A stretch of 51,821 nucleotides of DNA from an uncultured Candidatus Saccharibacteria bacterium (GCA_964452185.1 CAYVKO010000003.1:1-51821), one strand, 5' to 3'; positions 28,092 through 36,813 are shown, counted from the stretch's first letter. The notes: generated by a model not told the origin, from the letters alone. Translations and numbers: made by a program.

Positions 28092-28460
28092 TTACGACTT
28101 TAGTTCTTCCATCGCGTCGTCTACAGAACTTCCTGAATCTTCATCTGATTCGTCATCACTTTCACCTTCTTCATCTTCTCCGGGAGACGGCACTTCGCCG
28201 CGCTCTTCCGGCTCACGAATCTTGAGATTTACACGAGCCTGGTTTTTCATGCCTACCGTACGGAGTAGAGTACGCAAAGCCTTTGCTGTGTTTCCATTCC
28301 GGCCAATCACTTTCCCCATGTCCTCAGCGTGGACATCAAGTGTCATCAACACACCCATTTCGTCAACGGTACGTTGTACTTGCACGTCCTCGGGGTGATC
28401 GACTATATGTTCAACAACAAACTGCAAAAATTTCTTATCTTCGTATTCTTCTTCAGCCAT
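28092..28460 (-). CDS. khpA: KH-domain RNA-binding protein (KhpA/YlqC, UPF0109) with acidic C-terminal tail
   Basis: ...VHAEDMGKVIGRNGNTAKALRTLL..., with rpsP immediately upstream. A ~40-aa D/E/S tail is appended. Confidence 0.85.
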   Translation of the reverse strand: MAEEEYEDKKFLQFVVEHIVDHPEDVQVQRTVDEMGVLMTLDVHAEDMGKVIGRNGNTAKALRTLLRTVGMKNQARVNLKIREPEERGEVPSPGEDEEGESDDESDEDSGSSVDDAMEELKS

Positions 28461-28544
28461 AGAATATCAAACTAGAATTTCTAATCACAGCCTCGACGAA
28501 GCTGTTAGTGTGAATTATACGCTAAAACTTTTTTATTACAAACC

Positions 28545-29036
28545 CTAACTGGCGTCTTGGTTTTCTTCATCCTCCTCCCCCTCTTCACCTTCTTCTTGAG
28601 GCTCTTCTGACTCTTCATCTTCTTGCTCTACCTCGTCGTCTTCAACCTCTTCTTCAGTAGTAGAGCTGTCTTCTTCTGTGTCTTCTCCTGCCTCCTCTTC
28701 GTCTGGCTCACTTGAATCCGTTTCTGATTTCGGCTCTTCATCACTTCCCCCCTCTTTCTTTATTGGAGATTTTTTAGGGAGTGGATTGGTTGTGTCGCCT
28801 TCAATGACACCAGCTTTTACAAGTAGATTATGAACTGTTTCGCTTGGTTGAGCGCCGTTAGATATCCAATGCTCAATACGCTCCGGTTTTAGATCATGCT
28901 CATCGGAGCGAGCATCGTATGTACCAACTTGTTCTACATAATTACCTGGCTGTGGTGCGCGGCCGCGCTCAGTAACAATCACCCGGTAAGATGGGTCATG
29001 TTTTCGGCCAACGCGTGCGAGTCGAATTCGTAGCAT
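28545..29036 (-). CDS. rpsP: 30S ribosomal protein S16 with ~80-aa acidic C-terminal extension
   Basis: MLRIRLARVGRKHDPSYRVIV...G.YDA...; the C-terminal half is E/D-rich low complexity. Confidence 0.93.
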   Translation of the reverse strand: MLRIRLARVGRKHDPSYRVIVTERGRAPQPGNYVEQVGTYDARSDEHDLKPERIEHWISNGAQPSETVHNLLVKAGVIEGDTTNPLPKKSPIKKEGGSDEEPKSETDSSEPDEEEAGEDTEEDSSTTEEEVEDDEVEQEDEESEEPQEEGEEGEEDEENQDAS

Positions 29037-29045
29037 ACAAAAAAG

Positions 29046-29073
29046 ATAATAGCAGAAAAATAAGGTTTCGCAA
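29046..29073 (-). promoter_or_regulatory. Promoter for rpsP: TTGCGA-16-TG-C-TATTAT, 9 nt from the ATG
   Basis: Minus strand reads CCTTGCGAAACCTTATTTTTCTGCTATTATCTTTTTTGT|ATG. Confidence 0.5.
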
Positions 29074-29146
29074 GGAAGAAATCATTAATTGAAAAACGGG
29101 ATTGGTGATAAATATGACTATAAAGGGTATTAATTTGTGCTTAATG

Positions 29147-29155
29147 TGCTACACT
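29147..29155 (+). promoter_or_regulatory. Extended -10 element TGCTACACT, 9 nt upstream of the rnr ATG
   Basis: Plus strand reads AATGTGCTACACTTGAATAGCG|ATG. No SD is present. Confidence 0.4.
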
Positions 29156-29164
29156 TGAATAGCG

Positions 29165-31129
29165 ATGAACACAACTAACGACACTGACAACGATACTTTT
29201 GAAGCAATTATTTCAACAACATCAACCGGTGTAGGTTTTGTTACTCCGCCGTTTGAGCCTGGAGAGGAAGAACCTGAAGATTTAGTAATCCCTTCTGATC
29301 AAATCAACGGTGCGTTTGATGGCGATACAGTACTGGTTAAGCCACGACCGGAAGTTGATAACGAAAAGGGTGACCTCACTATAGGCGAAGTGATTGAGAT
29401 AGTTCGACGATCCCGTACGCAGTTTGTTGGCACTATCCAAAAGAATGGTGATACCTACTTCCTGCTGCCGGACAAGAAAGATATGTACGAAGATATTTTC
29501 ATTCATACCGATGAGGATCTACCTGATGGCCATAAGGCGCTTGTGGAAATCACGGATTGGGGTCGGCCGGAAGCCGGCAAAAATCCTTCCGGCACCATAA
29601 AGGAGGTACTTGGCCCGAAAGGCGATCATGAAGTAGAGATGCAGTCTATCATTAAAGATAAAGGTATTGAGGTTGATTTTCCGCAGGATGTTATGGAAGA
29701 AGCGAGCGAACTGGAGGACTGGAGTATGGAGGATGAAGACTTGTCGAACCGCCGGGACTTCCGAGATGTAACCACCATGACCATTGACCCGGCAACAGCC
29801 AAGGACTTTGATGATGCAATTTCCTTTCAGCGGCTGGAAGACGGCAACTACAAAATAGGGATTCACATTGCTGACGTATCACACTTTGTTCGGCCAGAAA
29901 CTGCTCTCGACCGAGAAGCACGTGAACGAGCCTTCAGTGTTTACTTGGTAGACCGAACAATTCCTATGCTTCCACCGGTACTTTCAAACGATGTCTGTAG
30001 TCTCAAGCCAAATGTTGACCGCCTGTCTTTCTCGGCAGAGTTTACAGTAACGCCGGAGGGGAATATTAAAGATCGATGGTTCGGTAAGGGTGTTATCCAT
30101 TCCGATCAGCGTTTCTCCTACCAAGAAGCGCAGGCGCAAATTGATAGCGGTAATGATGAGTTTTCTGATGAACTTAAAATTTTAAATAACGTAGCAAAAG
30201 TTCTCCGAAACCGTCGTTTCGGCAACGGATCTATTGACTTTCACAGCGAAGAGGTAAGGTTTGAGCTGGATGAAGATGGCACACCAACAGCAATCACCAA
30301 AAAAGAACGGCTTGATACACACAAGATGATTGAAGAGTACATGCTCCTTGCTAACCGAGATATAGCTAAAGAGATAGAACGCATGACCGAGGATGAAGAT
30401 GAAAGGCATTTCTTTATGTACCGGGTTCACGGCCTTCCGGACAGAGATCGGTTAAGTGAGCTTGGGGTATTCTTGCGAGCGCTAGGGTACGACTTCGAGC
30501 TCGAAGAAGGTGTGGAGGTGACGAATCGAGATATAAATGCACTTCTAGACCAGGCTTCTGGCCGGGCTGAAGAAGGGTTGGTAAATACTGAAGTTATCCG
30601 AACAATGGACAAAGCGACGTACAAGACCCAAAACAAAGGCCACTTTGGATTAGCTTTCGAATACTACACTCACTTCACTTCCCCGATTCGGCGATACCCT
30701 GATCTCCTAGTCCACCGTCTTCTGGAGAAACACCTTAACGATAAAACTATCCCTTCCCAGGAATTTAATTTCTATCAGGCTGCAGCGGAGCACGCTTCAT
30801 CTCGTGAACGTGAAGTGTTAGAAGCTGAGCGAGATTCTATTGCTTACAAGCGAGCTGAGTACATGAGTGAACACGTAGGTGAAGAATTTACAGCTGTTAT
30901 CAGTGGTATGTCGAAGCATGGTTTCTACGTTGAAGAAGAAAAAACACTCGCTAACGGCATGGTGCATGTCAGCAATATGGGTGATGACTACTTCGAGCTT
31001 GATGAAGAACAGTATGCTTTTGTAGGTAAGGATTCCGGAAAAACGTATACCCTTGGAGATACTGTAAAGGTTGAACTGACTGGTGTAGATATAGACAACC
31101 GTGAAATAGACTTTGAGTTAATTGAGTAG
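29165..31129 (+). CDS. rnr: Ribonuclease R / RNase II-family 3'-5' exoribonuclease
   Basis: RNB motifs TIDPATAKDFDDAIS, YLVDRTIPMLP, HFGLAFEYYTHFTSPIRRYPDLLVHR, and a C-terminal S1 domain. Confidence 0.93.
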   Translation: MNTTNDTDNDTFEAIISTTSTGVGFVTPPFEPGEEEPEDLVIPSDQINGAFDGDTVLVKPRPEVDNEKGDLTIGEVIEIVRRSRTQFVGTIQKNGDTYFLLPDKKDMYEDIFIHTDEDLPDGHKALVEITDWGRPEAGKNPSGTIKEVLGPKGDHEVEMQSIIKDKGIEVDFPQDVMEEASELEDWSMEDEDLSNRRDFRDVTTMTIDPATAKDFDDAISFQRLEDGNYKIGIHIADVSHFVRPETALDREARERAFSVYLVDRTIPMLPPVLSNDVCSLKPNVDRLSFSAEFTVTPEGNIKDRWFGKGVIHSDQRFSYQEAQAQIDSGNDEFSDELKILNNVAKVLRNRRFGNGSIDFHSEEVRFELDEDGTPTAITKKERLDTHKMIEEYMLLANRDIAKEIERMTEDEDERHFFMYRVHGLPDRDRLSELGVFLRALGYDFELEEGVEVTNRDINALLDQASGRAEEGLVNTEVIRTMDKATYKTQNKGHFGLAFEYYTHFTSPIRRYPDLLVHRLLEKHLNDKTIPSQEFNFYQAAAEHASSREREVLEAERDSIAYKRAEYMSEHVGEEFTAVISGMSKHGFYVEEEKTLANGMVHVSNMGDDYFELDEEQYAFVGKDSGKTYTLGDTVKVELTGVDIDNREIDFELIE

Positions 31130-31135
31130 AAAGAA

Positions 31136-31885
31136 CTACTCGTCTCGCAGCTCTGCTTCAGATACCATATTCACCACTTCGTCTTCGTCGTCGGTAATGT
31201 GGTAAAGATCAATATCTGCTTCGCTGATAGTTTCGAATTTATTTAATAGTATATTTTCAACAAAGTCTTCGAAAGGGTCCCAGAAATCACTGCCTACAAG
31301 AATGATAGGAACTTGTACAATTTTCTCCGTTTGTACAAGTGTTAATATTTCCAGAAATTCATCGAGTGTGCCGAATCCGCCAGGAAAAAATATATATGCT
31401 TCCGCCGAAAAAGCCAAAGCCACCTTGCGGACGAAGAAATAGTGAAACTCTTCGTACTCCTCTGTGTATGAATTAAGTGTTTGTTCGGCAGGTAACTCAA
31501 TGTTGAGTCCTAGTGAGTGACCTGAATCATCCCCCTTGGCCTCACTAGCTCCTTTGTTAGCTGCCTCCATGATTCCCGGACCGCCTCCGGTGACTATGTC
31601 AATCCCTTCTTCAGCCACCCGTCTAGCTACTCGAACAGCTTTTTGATAATGAGGGTTGTCTTCGTCAAAACGTGCTGAACCATAGAAGGTTACTCTGTTT
31701 TTGTGTTTTCGAACAAAGTTGAGCCCACGTATGAATTCATGGCGGATAACGTGGATCCGGTCGCGCAAATCTTTATCTAGTTGGTCTAAGGTTAACGGAC
31801 CTTCCTGCGCATCTTCGAGATTAGCAGTTTTTACGTCTGAACTAGATGCTTTCTTTTTTGGTGTATTGTCTTCTTGATTGGTCAT
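31136..31885 (-). CDS. LOG-family (TIGR00730-type) nucleotide phosphoribohydrolase
   Basis: GGGPGIMEAANKGA and PGGFGTLDE signature motifs. Confidence 0.88.
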   Translation of the reverse strand: MTNQEDNTPKKKASSSDVKTANLEDAQEGPLTLDQLDKDLRDRIHVIRHEFIRGLNFVRKHKNRVTFYGSARFDEDNPHYQKAVRVARRVAEEGIDIVTGGGPGIMEAANKGASEAKGDDSGHSLGLNIELPAEQTLNSYTEEYEEFHYFFVRKVALAFSAEAYIFFPGGFGTLDEFLEILTLVQTEKIVQVPIILVGSDFWDPFEDFVENILLNKFETISEADIDLYHITDDEDEVVNMVSEAELRDE

Positions 31886-31895
31886 TACTATTGAA

Positions 31896-34154
31896 TTAAT
31901 TAGCTACTTTTTCTACGGCTTCAGAAAAGTCCAGAGATAACAAGCGTGACCCGCCCTCTTGGTCGAGAGTGATACCGTACAGCACATCAGCTCGACTCAT
32001 TGTCTCTCTGTTGTGGGTGATGATGATGAGTTGAGAGCGGTCAGAAAGACGTTCGATCATATTACCAAAGCGTTGCGAGTTAGCCTCATCAAGAGCTGCA
32101 TCTGCCTCATCAAGTACTATAAACGGCGGTGGATTGATTTGCGATAAGGCAAACAAAAGAGCTACTGAAACCAAGACTCGTTCACCACCAGAGAGCACCC
32201 CTAAGCCTCGCACTTTCTTTTGTGGTAACTGTACATCAATAGCTATACCGCGCTCTGTTTCTTCTGGTGGTTGTTCAAGTTCCTCAACCCGCTCATTTTT
32301 ACCTTTTGGATGCTTGGTAATCACCAGTTTAGCTTCCCCGCCGCCAAACATAGTGGCGAAAAACTCGGAAAATATTTCATTAATCTCCTCAACTCCTTGC
32401 GTAAATTTTTCCTTAACTGTTGTTTCTATTTCATCGATCAACGACAACAGCGATTCTTTGGAATTTTTTAGATCATTAATTTCATCTCGCAAGAAGTCTA
32501 CCTGCTCTTTCACTCTCTCGTACTCAGATAAAACCTCTTCCTGGTCACTTACTCGTGTATCTTCCAGTTTAATTTTTAACCGTTCCAGCTCCCGGTTAAA
32601 TTTTCGGTCACTATTATCTATGTTTTCAACAAAATCTTTTTTGTCAATCTCTTCACCTTCGTTATCAACTAGTGGAGTATCTTCAAAATCGAGCACGTCT
32701 TTGCCGCAAAGAATTCTTGCTTCGGACTTCTCATCTTCCAAACCTTCTTTGTCGTTACTAGTACGTTTGATTTGGTTTTCTGTGCGGGAGAGTTCCTTGG
32801 TAATATTTTCTTTTTTAGCCTCAAGGCGTACGAGCCTTTTTTCTGCTTCATGTTGCTTGTTTTGCTGGTTATGAGCTGTTTCTTTTATTTTGTCTCTTTT
32901 TTCTCTTAGATTTGCCCGTTCTTTTTTGAGTTTTTGGCGCTTATCTTCAAGGTTTTGTTTTTTGTTTGTGAGGGAGTCAATACGATCTTTGTGGTTAACA
33001 TTATCTGTGGTTGGCTCTTGAATATCGGCAAGGAAATTCTGAATGGTTGTAACGAAGTCGTTAAGTATACCAGCTTTATCCTCTATTTCGCTTTCCTGTT
33101 TGCTGGAGGATATAAGTTCTTTTAGTCTTTGTTTGTGGTCTGAGAATTTTTCAGCTTTTATCCATACCCGGCTTTTTTCTGATTGTTTTTGTTGTTTTTT
33201 AAGAGATTTAATAGTGCCGACCACCTCTCCGTGTTCTTGAATAATTTCTGATATATCATCTTCCAATGAGGCAAGGTTCTCGTTCAACTTCTGTTCTTTT
33301 TGAGAGAGTTCATTTTCGCTTTTTTTACTCTTTTCTTCTTCTATTTTTTCTATGGTTTCCTTAGCCTCGCTTATTTCTTCTTCTATCTTTTCTTTTTGTT
33401 CTTTCAGTGAGGATTGTTTCTGAGAAATGGACTCCTCCTTAGCTTTTATTCGGGTTGTTTCTCGGCGGAAATACTGCTGGTATTTTGTGGCCAGCTTCTG
33501 TCGTAATTCTTTAGTTTCCTTAATCCGATCTTTTTGTTTTTTGAGGTAGTCAAGTTCTGGTTTTAGGTCACTCAGCCGGACTTGTGCTTGTTCTAAGTTA
33601 TCTTCAGTTCTTTCTAGCTTATTCACTGCTTCACGGCGTCGACGATAGAACCGCTGGAGTCCGAGAGCGTCTTCTATGATAGACTTTCGCTTTCGCTCGT
33701 TAACATTAAGCACTCGATCAGTTTCGCCTTGCGATATAATATGATGACGCGACGTACCTATGTTGGCATCTGACAGGAGGTCGGTAACATCCTTAAGCCG
33801 GACCTTGCTGCCGTTAATCCGGTATGTGCTAGCATCACCTCGTTCAATAATGCGTTCAATCACAACTTGATCATAGTCTATATCGAGACGGTTGTTGCTG
33901 TTATCGAAAGTCGCTTTTACGTGTGCTCGGTTAGCACGCCGCCCGCCTTGCCCTCCGTTGTATAAAAGTTCATCACTCTTTCGTACTCGTAATGATTTAA
34001 GGGATTGCTCGCCTAGCACAAACCGAAATGCTTCAGCGGCGTTTGATTTTCCCGACCCGTTTGGGCCCACAATAGCTGAAATAGGAGCTTTGAATTCTAA
34101 TTTACTTTTATTAGCAAATGATTTAAAGCCGTTTATTTCAAGCGATTCTAGCAT
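31896..34154 (-). CDS. smc: SMC-family ATPase, short form (752 aa) with no recognisable hinge domain
   Basis: N-terminus L.INGFKSFA....L.F....AIVGPNGSGKSN. C-terminus LSGGERVLVSVALLFAL...FIVLDEADAALD. The ~450 aa between are K/E-rich coiled coil. Confidence 0.85.
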   Translation of the reverse strand: MLESLEINGFKSFANKSKLEFKAPISAIVGPNGSGKSNAAEAFRFVLGEQSLKSLRVRKSDELLYNGGQGGRRANRAHVKATFDNSNNRLDIDYDQVVIERIIERGDASTYRINGSKVRLKDVTDLLSDANIGTSRHHIISQGETDRVLNVNERKRKSIIEDALGLQRFYRRRREAVNKLERTEDNLEQAQVRLSDLKPELDYLKKQKDRIKETKELRQKLATKYQQYFRRETTRIKAKEESISQKQSSLKEQKEKIEEEISEAKETIEKIEEEKSKKSENELSQKEQKLNENLASLEDDISEIIQEHGEVVGTIKSLKKQQKQSEKSRVWIKAEKFSDHKQRLKELISSSKQESEIEDKAGILNDFVTTIQNFLADIQEPTTDNVNHKDRIDSLTNKKQNLEDKRQKLKKERANLREKRDKIKETAHNQQNKQHEAEKRLVRLEAKKENITKELSRTENQIKRTSNDKEGLEDEKSEARILCGKDVLDFEDTPLVDNEGEEIDKKDFVENIDNSDRKFNRELERLKIKLEDTRVSDQEEVLSEYERVKEQVDFLRDEINDLKNSKESLLSLIDEIETTVKEKFTQGVEEINEIFSEFFATMFGGGEAKLVITKHPKGKNERVEELEQPPEETERGIAIDVQLPQKKVRGLGVLSGGERVLVSVALLFALSQINPPPFIVLDEADAALDEANSQRFGNMIERLSDRSQLIIITHNRETMSRADVLYGITLDQEGGSRLLSLDFSEAVEKVAN

Positions 34155-34318
34155 GAGAAATATAATCTTTAGTCCCGTGTTGTTTTTATTGTAGCACGCT
34201 TTTGATTATGCAATTAGGCTTGAATTACAGTTGTTGGCTTGATCGTATATTTGTTTGTAGTAGTATTTTTTGTGGTTACCTTACGTAATCTTAATCTCTC
34301 CACCAACTTTAACAACAA

Positions 34319-34642
34319 ATGGAAACTGCTGTTTTCTTGATCGTAGGCGCAGCTGCAGGCAGTGCAATAACTCTGCTCGTTCAATGGTTTTTTTATCCTG
34401 ATCGATTAAAAGACAGACTACACATATACTCTTTCAGCAAAGAGTCTGAATCTGAAGTCATACTGACAGTAGGAGTTGCATCTGACAATCTGCGAAGCCT
34501 AAAGAAGTTAAAAAGTCTTTTACCTGGAAACGGCTGGATATCAGCAAGTGAATTTGTGGGAAACCTGAAGTCAAATCAATTTTTCATGCTCAGAATCAGA
34601 GACGATTTTCAGACAACTTCTGAGTGGATGACCTTTCGTTAA
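34319..34642 (+). CDS. Hypothetical protein with N-terminal TM helix
   Basis: 107 aa with helix AVFLIVGAAAGSAITLLVQWFF, followed by a strong plus-strand terminator. Confidence 0.5.
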   Translation: METAVFLIVGAAAGSAITLLVQWFFYPDRLKDRLHIYSFSKESESEVILTVGVASDNLRSLKKLKSLLPGNGWISASEFVGNLKSNQFFMLRIRDDFQTTSEWMTFR

Positions 34643-34652
34643 CTTCACACTT

Positions 34653-34688
34653 AACCGCCGGACAGTACACGTTCGGCGGCTTTTTTAT
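34653..34688 (+). terminator. Intrinsic terminator after the 34319..34642 gene
   Basis: ccgccgga-cagtacacg-ttcggcgg (8-bp stem) followed by cttttttatt. The T-tract overlaps the rnc stop codon. Confidence 0.7.
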
Positions 34689-35389
34689 TCAAAATCAGTT
34701 TTCCATCCCTGCTTATCCAGAGCTGTTTCTGCAGCGGCACTTTCAGCTTCTTGCTTACTTTTACCTTTACCTTCAGCAATTTTTTTATCTTTAAGAAATA
34801 CCCCCACCGTAAAGACCTTGTCGTGATCAGGGCCGGATTCATCCAATGTCTCATATGTTGGTGTAATCGAAACATGTTCTTGTGCCTTTTCTTGGAATAG
34901 ACTTTTGGCATCTCTCCACCCTTCTGTTTTTACTAATGCATCCAGGTTCTCCAGGAGTGTGTCTTGTATAAATTCTCTGGCAGTGCCAAGGCCTTGGTCA
35001 AGATATATGGATCCAATTATAGCTTCGTATGTGTTAGCAAGAATAAATTGTCGGCCACGGCCAGTATCTTGCGCTTCGCCTTTGGACAAGCGCAAGTGTT
35101 TTTCAGCCCCAACTTTATTTGCTGCCTGCGAAATCGAGTCAGTATTTACCAGCGCTGCTCGGATAGCGGTAAGTTCCCCTTCTGGTCGGTCTGGGTATGA
35201 TTTGAATAGATGGTCTGTTACCACAAGTTCCAGTACAGCATCTCCTAAGAACTCAAGACGTTCATTGTGTTGAATATCTTCATCAGGATGTTCATTTAAA
35301 TAAGAGCGATGAGTGAAAGCTCTTTGCAACAGTGATTTGTCATCGAAATCTACATCAATGTTTTCTTCAAACTGAGATAAGTTAGCCAT
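34685..35389 (-). CDS. rnc: Ribonuclease III
   Basis: NERLEFLGDAVLELVV signature plus a C-terminal dsRBD (GPDH.K.F...V......GKGKSKQEAE..AA). Confidence 0.95.
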   Translation of the reverse strand: MANLSQFEENIDVDFDDKSLLQRAFTHRSYLNEHPDEDIQHNERLEFLGDAVLELVVTDHLFKSYPDRPEGELTAIRAALVNTDSISQAANKVGAEKHLRLSKGEAQDTGRGRQFILANTYEAIIGSIYLDQGLGTAREFIQDTLLENLDALVKTEGWRDAKSLFQEKAQEHVSITPTYETLDESGPDHDKVFTVGVFLKDKKIAEGKGKSKQEAESAAAETALDKQGWKTDFE

Positions 35390-35457
35390 ATTTGTTTAGT
35401 TAGAAGCAAAATACAAAAGTCAATACGAGTTTGAAACCAGTGTTGAGTTTTGTATTT

Positions 35458-36396
35458 TTAACTATTATCTTCTTCGGCTAATAATTCGTTGTCATTATCT
35501 TCATCCAGCAACTGATCTACAGCATCTGTGATGATCGGCATAATGTCATCATAAAAATTTAAATCCACAATATCCTGAAGTGGGAACCATTTAGCATCGT
35601 CCAAACCACCTTTGTCCTTTGGTAATTCCAGTGGTTCATGTTCAGAACGAGCCAGGTAGTACACTACTTGTTTGCGAATTTTACCTTTATCAGGATCAGC
35701 CGCTACGTATTCATTTTCTCCGAGTTTTTCTTTCAATTTAATGTCCAGTCCTGTTTCCTCTTTTACCTTCTCTTTAACCCCTTCTTTTGTGTCAGATTCT
35801 TCAATATGTCCTTTTGAGAGAGTCCAATGACCAAAAACATCGTGTACAAGAGCCAACTCTATATTGCCGTCATTTCTGGCGTACACCACAGCTCCGCCGA
35901 GTTTCTCTATAGGCATCTCTTCGTACGGGATATCTTTGATTTTCTTGGAGGAGGTTTGGTCTTTCCCAGGTTCGCCTATTTCTTTGTAAACCGCTCCGAT
36001 AACACCATTTACGAAAGAGCCACTTGATTCACCGCCGAACCCTTTAGCTAACTCAATAGCTTCGTTAATAGCTACTTTTGGAGGCACTTCTTCTCGGTCT
36101 GCATATAAAAGTTCATATAAGCCAATTCGCAATATGTTGCGATCTACGGTAGCTATTTTATCAAGTGGCCAATGAGGAGCGGCAGAAGTTATAACTTCAT
36201 TTAATTTCTCCTGTTTTTCAACCACCCCTTCAAGCAATGAGTATATATAGGAATAGTCGTCCATTCCAGGTGCAAACTCGTGAGCATTCCGTTCCAGAGC
36301 TGACTTTAGATCAGGTTTGGTATACGACTGATCACGAAAGTCCCATTCAAAAAGGGTTTGCATAACAATTGATCGTGACACGTGTCGATTTGCCAT
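35458..36396 (-). CDS. nusB: NusB antitermination factor fused to a C-terminal Nudix-like domain
   Basis: Residues 1-~140 are NusB-like (R..VMQTLFEWDF..., DRNILRIGLYELLY, INEAIELAK.FG). Residues ~165-312 carry a Nudix-like box (SKGHIEESDTKEGVKEKVKEETGL). Confidence 0.8.
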   Translation of the reverse strand: MANRHVSRSIVMQTLFEWDFRDQSYTKPDLKSALERNAHEFAPGMDDYSYIYSLLEGVVEKQEKLNEVITSAAPHWPLDKIATVDRNILRIGLYELLYADREEVPPKVAINEAIELAKGFGGESSGSFVNGVIGAVYKEIGEPGKDQTSSKKIKDIPYEEMPIEKLGGAVVYARNDGNIELALVHDVFGHWTLSKGHIEESDTKEGVKEKVKEETGLDIKLKEKLGENEYVAADPDKGKIRKQVVYYLARSEHEPLELPKDKGGLDDAKWFPLQDIVDLNFYDDIMPIITDAVDQLLDEDNDNELLAEEDNS

Positions 36397-36426
36397 TGTG
36401 AATGAAGTATATTTTAACGGCAGACT

Positions 36427-36714
36427 CTATCCATTGTCTGCCTTCAGTTCATCATTTGTACCTACAGCCGATTCAGGGATTTCAGAAGGATCATCACCGC
36501 GATCTTTTGCCTTTTGGCGCTTGCGCTCCAGTTTTCTTTGGCGTTTAGATCGCACATCAATTACCTGCCGGCCACGATACGTGCCGGTTTGTCGACTGGC
36601 TCGGTGTCGGAGGTGGTGAACACCGTCGTCTTTTGAAAGGCGTGGAGACTCAAGTCCATGGTGTGAGCGTCGATTGCCCGTCTGCCCTTTTGTTTTTCGC
36701 ATACGAGATGACAT
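36427..36714 (-). CDS. rpmF: 50S ribosomal protein L32 (Cys-less form) with basic/acidic C-terminal extension
   Basis: MRKTKGQTGNRRSHHGL...HHLRHRASRQTGTYRGRQV matches the L32 N-terminal pattern. No CxxC pairs are present. Confidence 0.8.
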   Translation of the reverse strand: MSSRMRKTKGQTGNRRSHHGLESPRLSKDDGVHHLRHRASRQTGTYRGRQVIDVRSKRQRKLERKRQKAKDRGDDPSEIPESAVGTNDELKADNG

Positions 36715-36723
36715 ACAAAGGCT

Positions 36724-36752
36724 AGTATACGCGATAATCTGTAGAGTTGCAA
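36724..36752 (-). promoter_or_regulatory. Promoter for rpmF: TTGCAA-17-TATACT, 9 nt from the ATG
   Basis: Minus strand reads TTGCAACTCTACAGATTATCGCGTATACTAGCCTTTGT|ATG, directly after the Nudix gene terminator. Confidence 0.55.
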
Positions 36753-36770
36753 GGATGTGGGATGCAACTT

Positions 36771-36813
36771 TTTATATAAAAAACCTCCAGTGCGATCTTA
36801 TGAAGCACTGGAG
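36771..36813 (-). terminator. Intrinsic terminator of the Nudix gene
   Basis: Minus strand reads CCTCCAGTGC-TTCATAAGATC-GCACTGGAGG (10-bp perfect stem; the loop contains the stop codon), followed by TTTTTTATAT. Confidence 0.75.

Noticed and set aside
28545-28760. Periodic GAA/GAG/GAT-rich DNA, also at 11620-11740 and 7564-7640, considered as tandem repeats or a CRISPR-like array
   Set aside because: There are no unit repeats of fixed length with unique spacers. These stretches are in-frame acidic low-complexity coding tails of rpsP, rpoA and dnaK.
32134-32874. 246-aa plus-strand ORF inside smc
   Set aside because: It is the antisense frame of the K/E-rich coiled coil, which gives Ser/Phe/Leu-rich nonsense. 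The smc head motifs establish the minus frame.
34651-34911. 86-aa minus-strand ORF
   Set aside because: It is an alternative frame overlapping the 3' end of rnc and the terminator hairpin. The rnc dsRBD motifs define the true frame.
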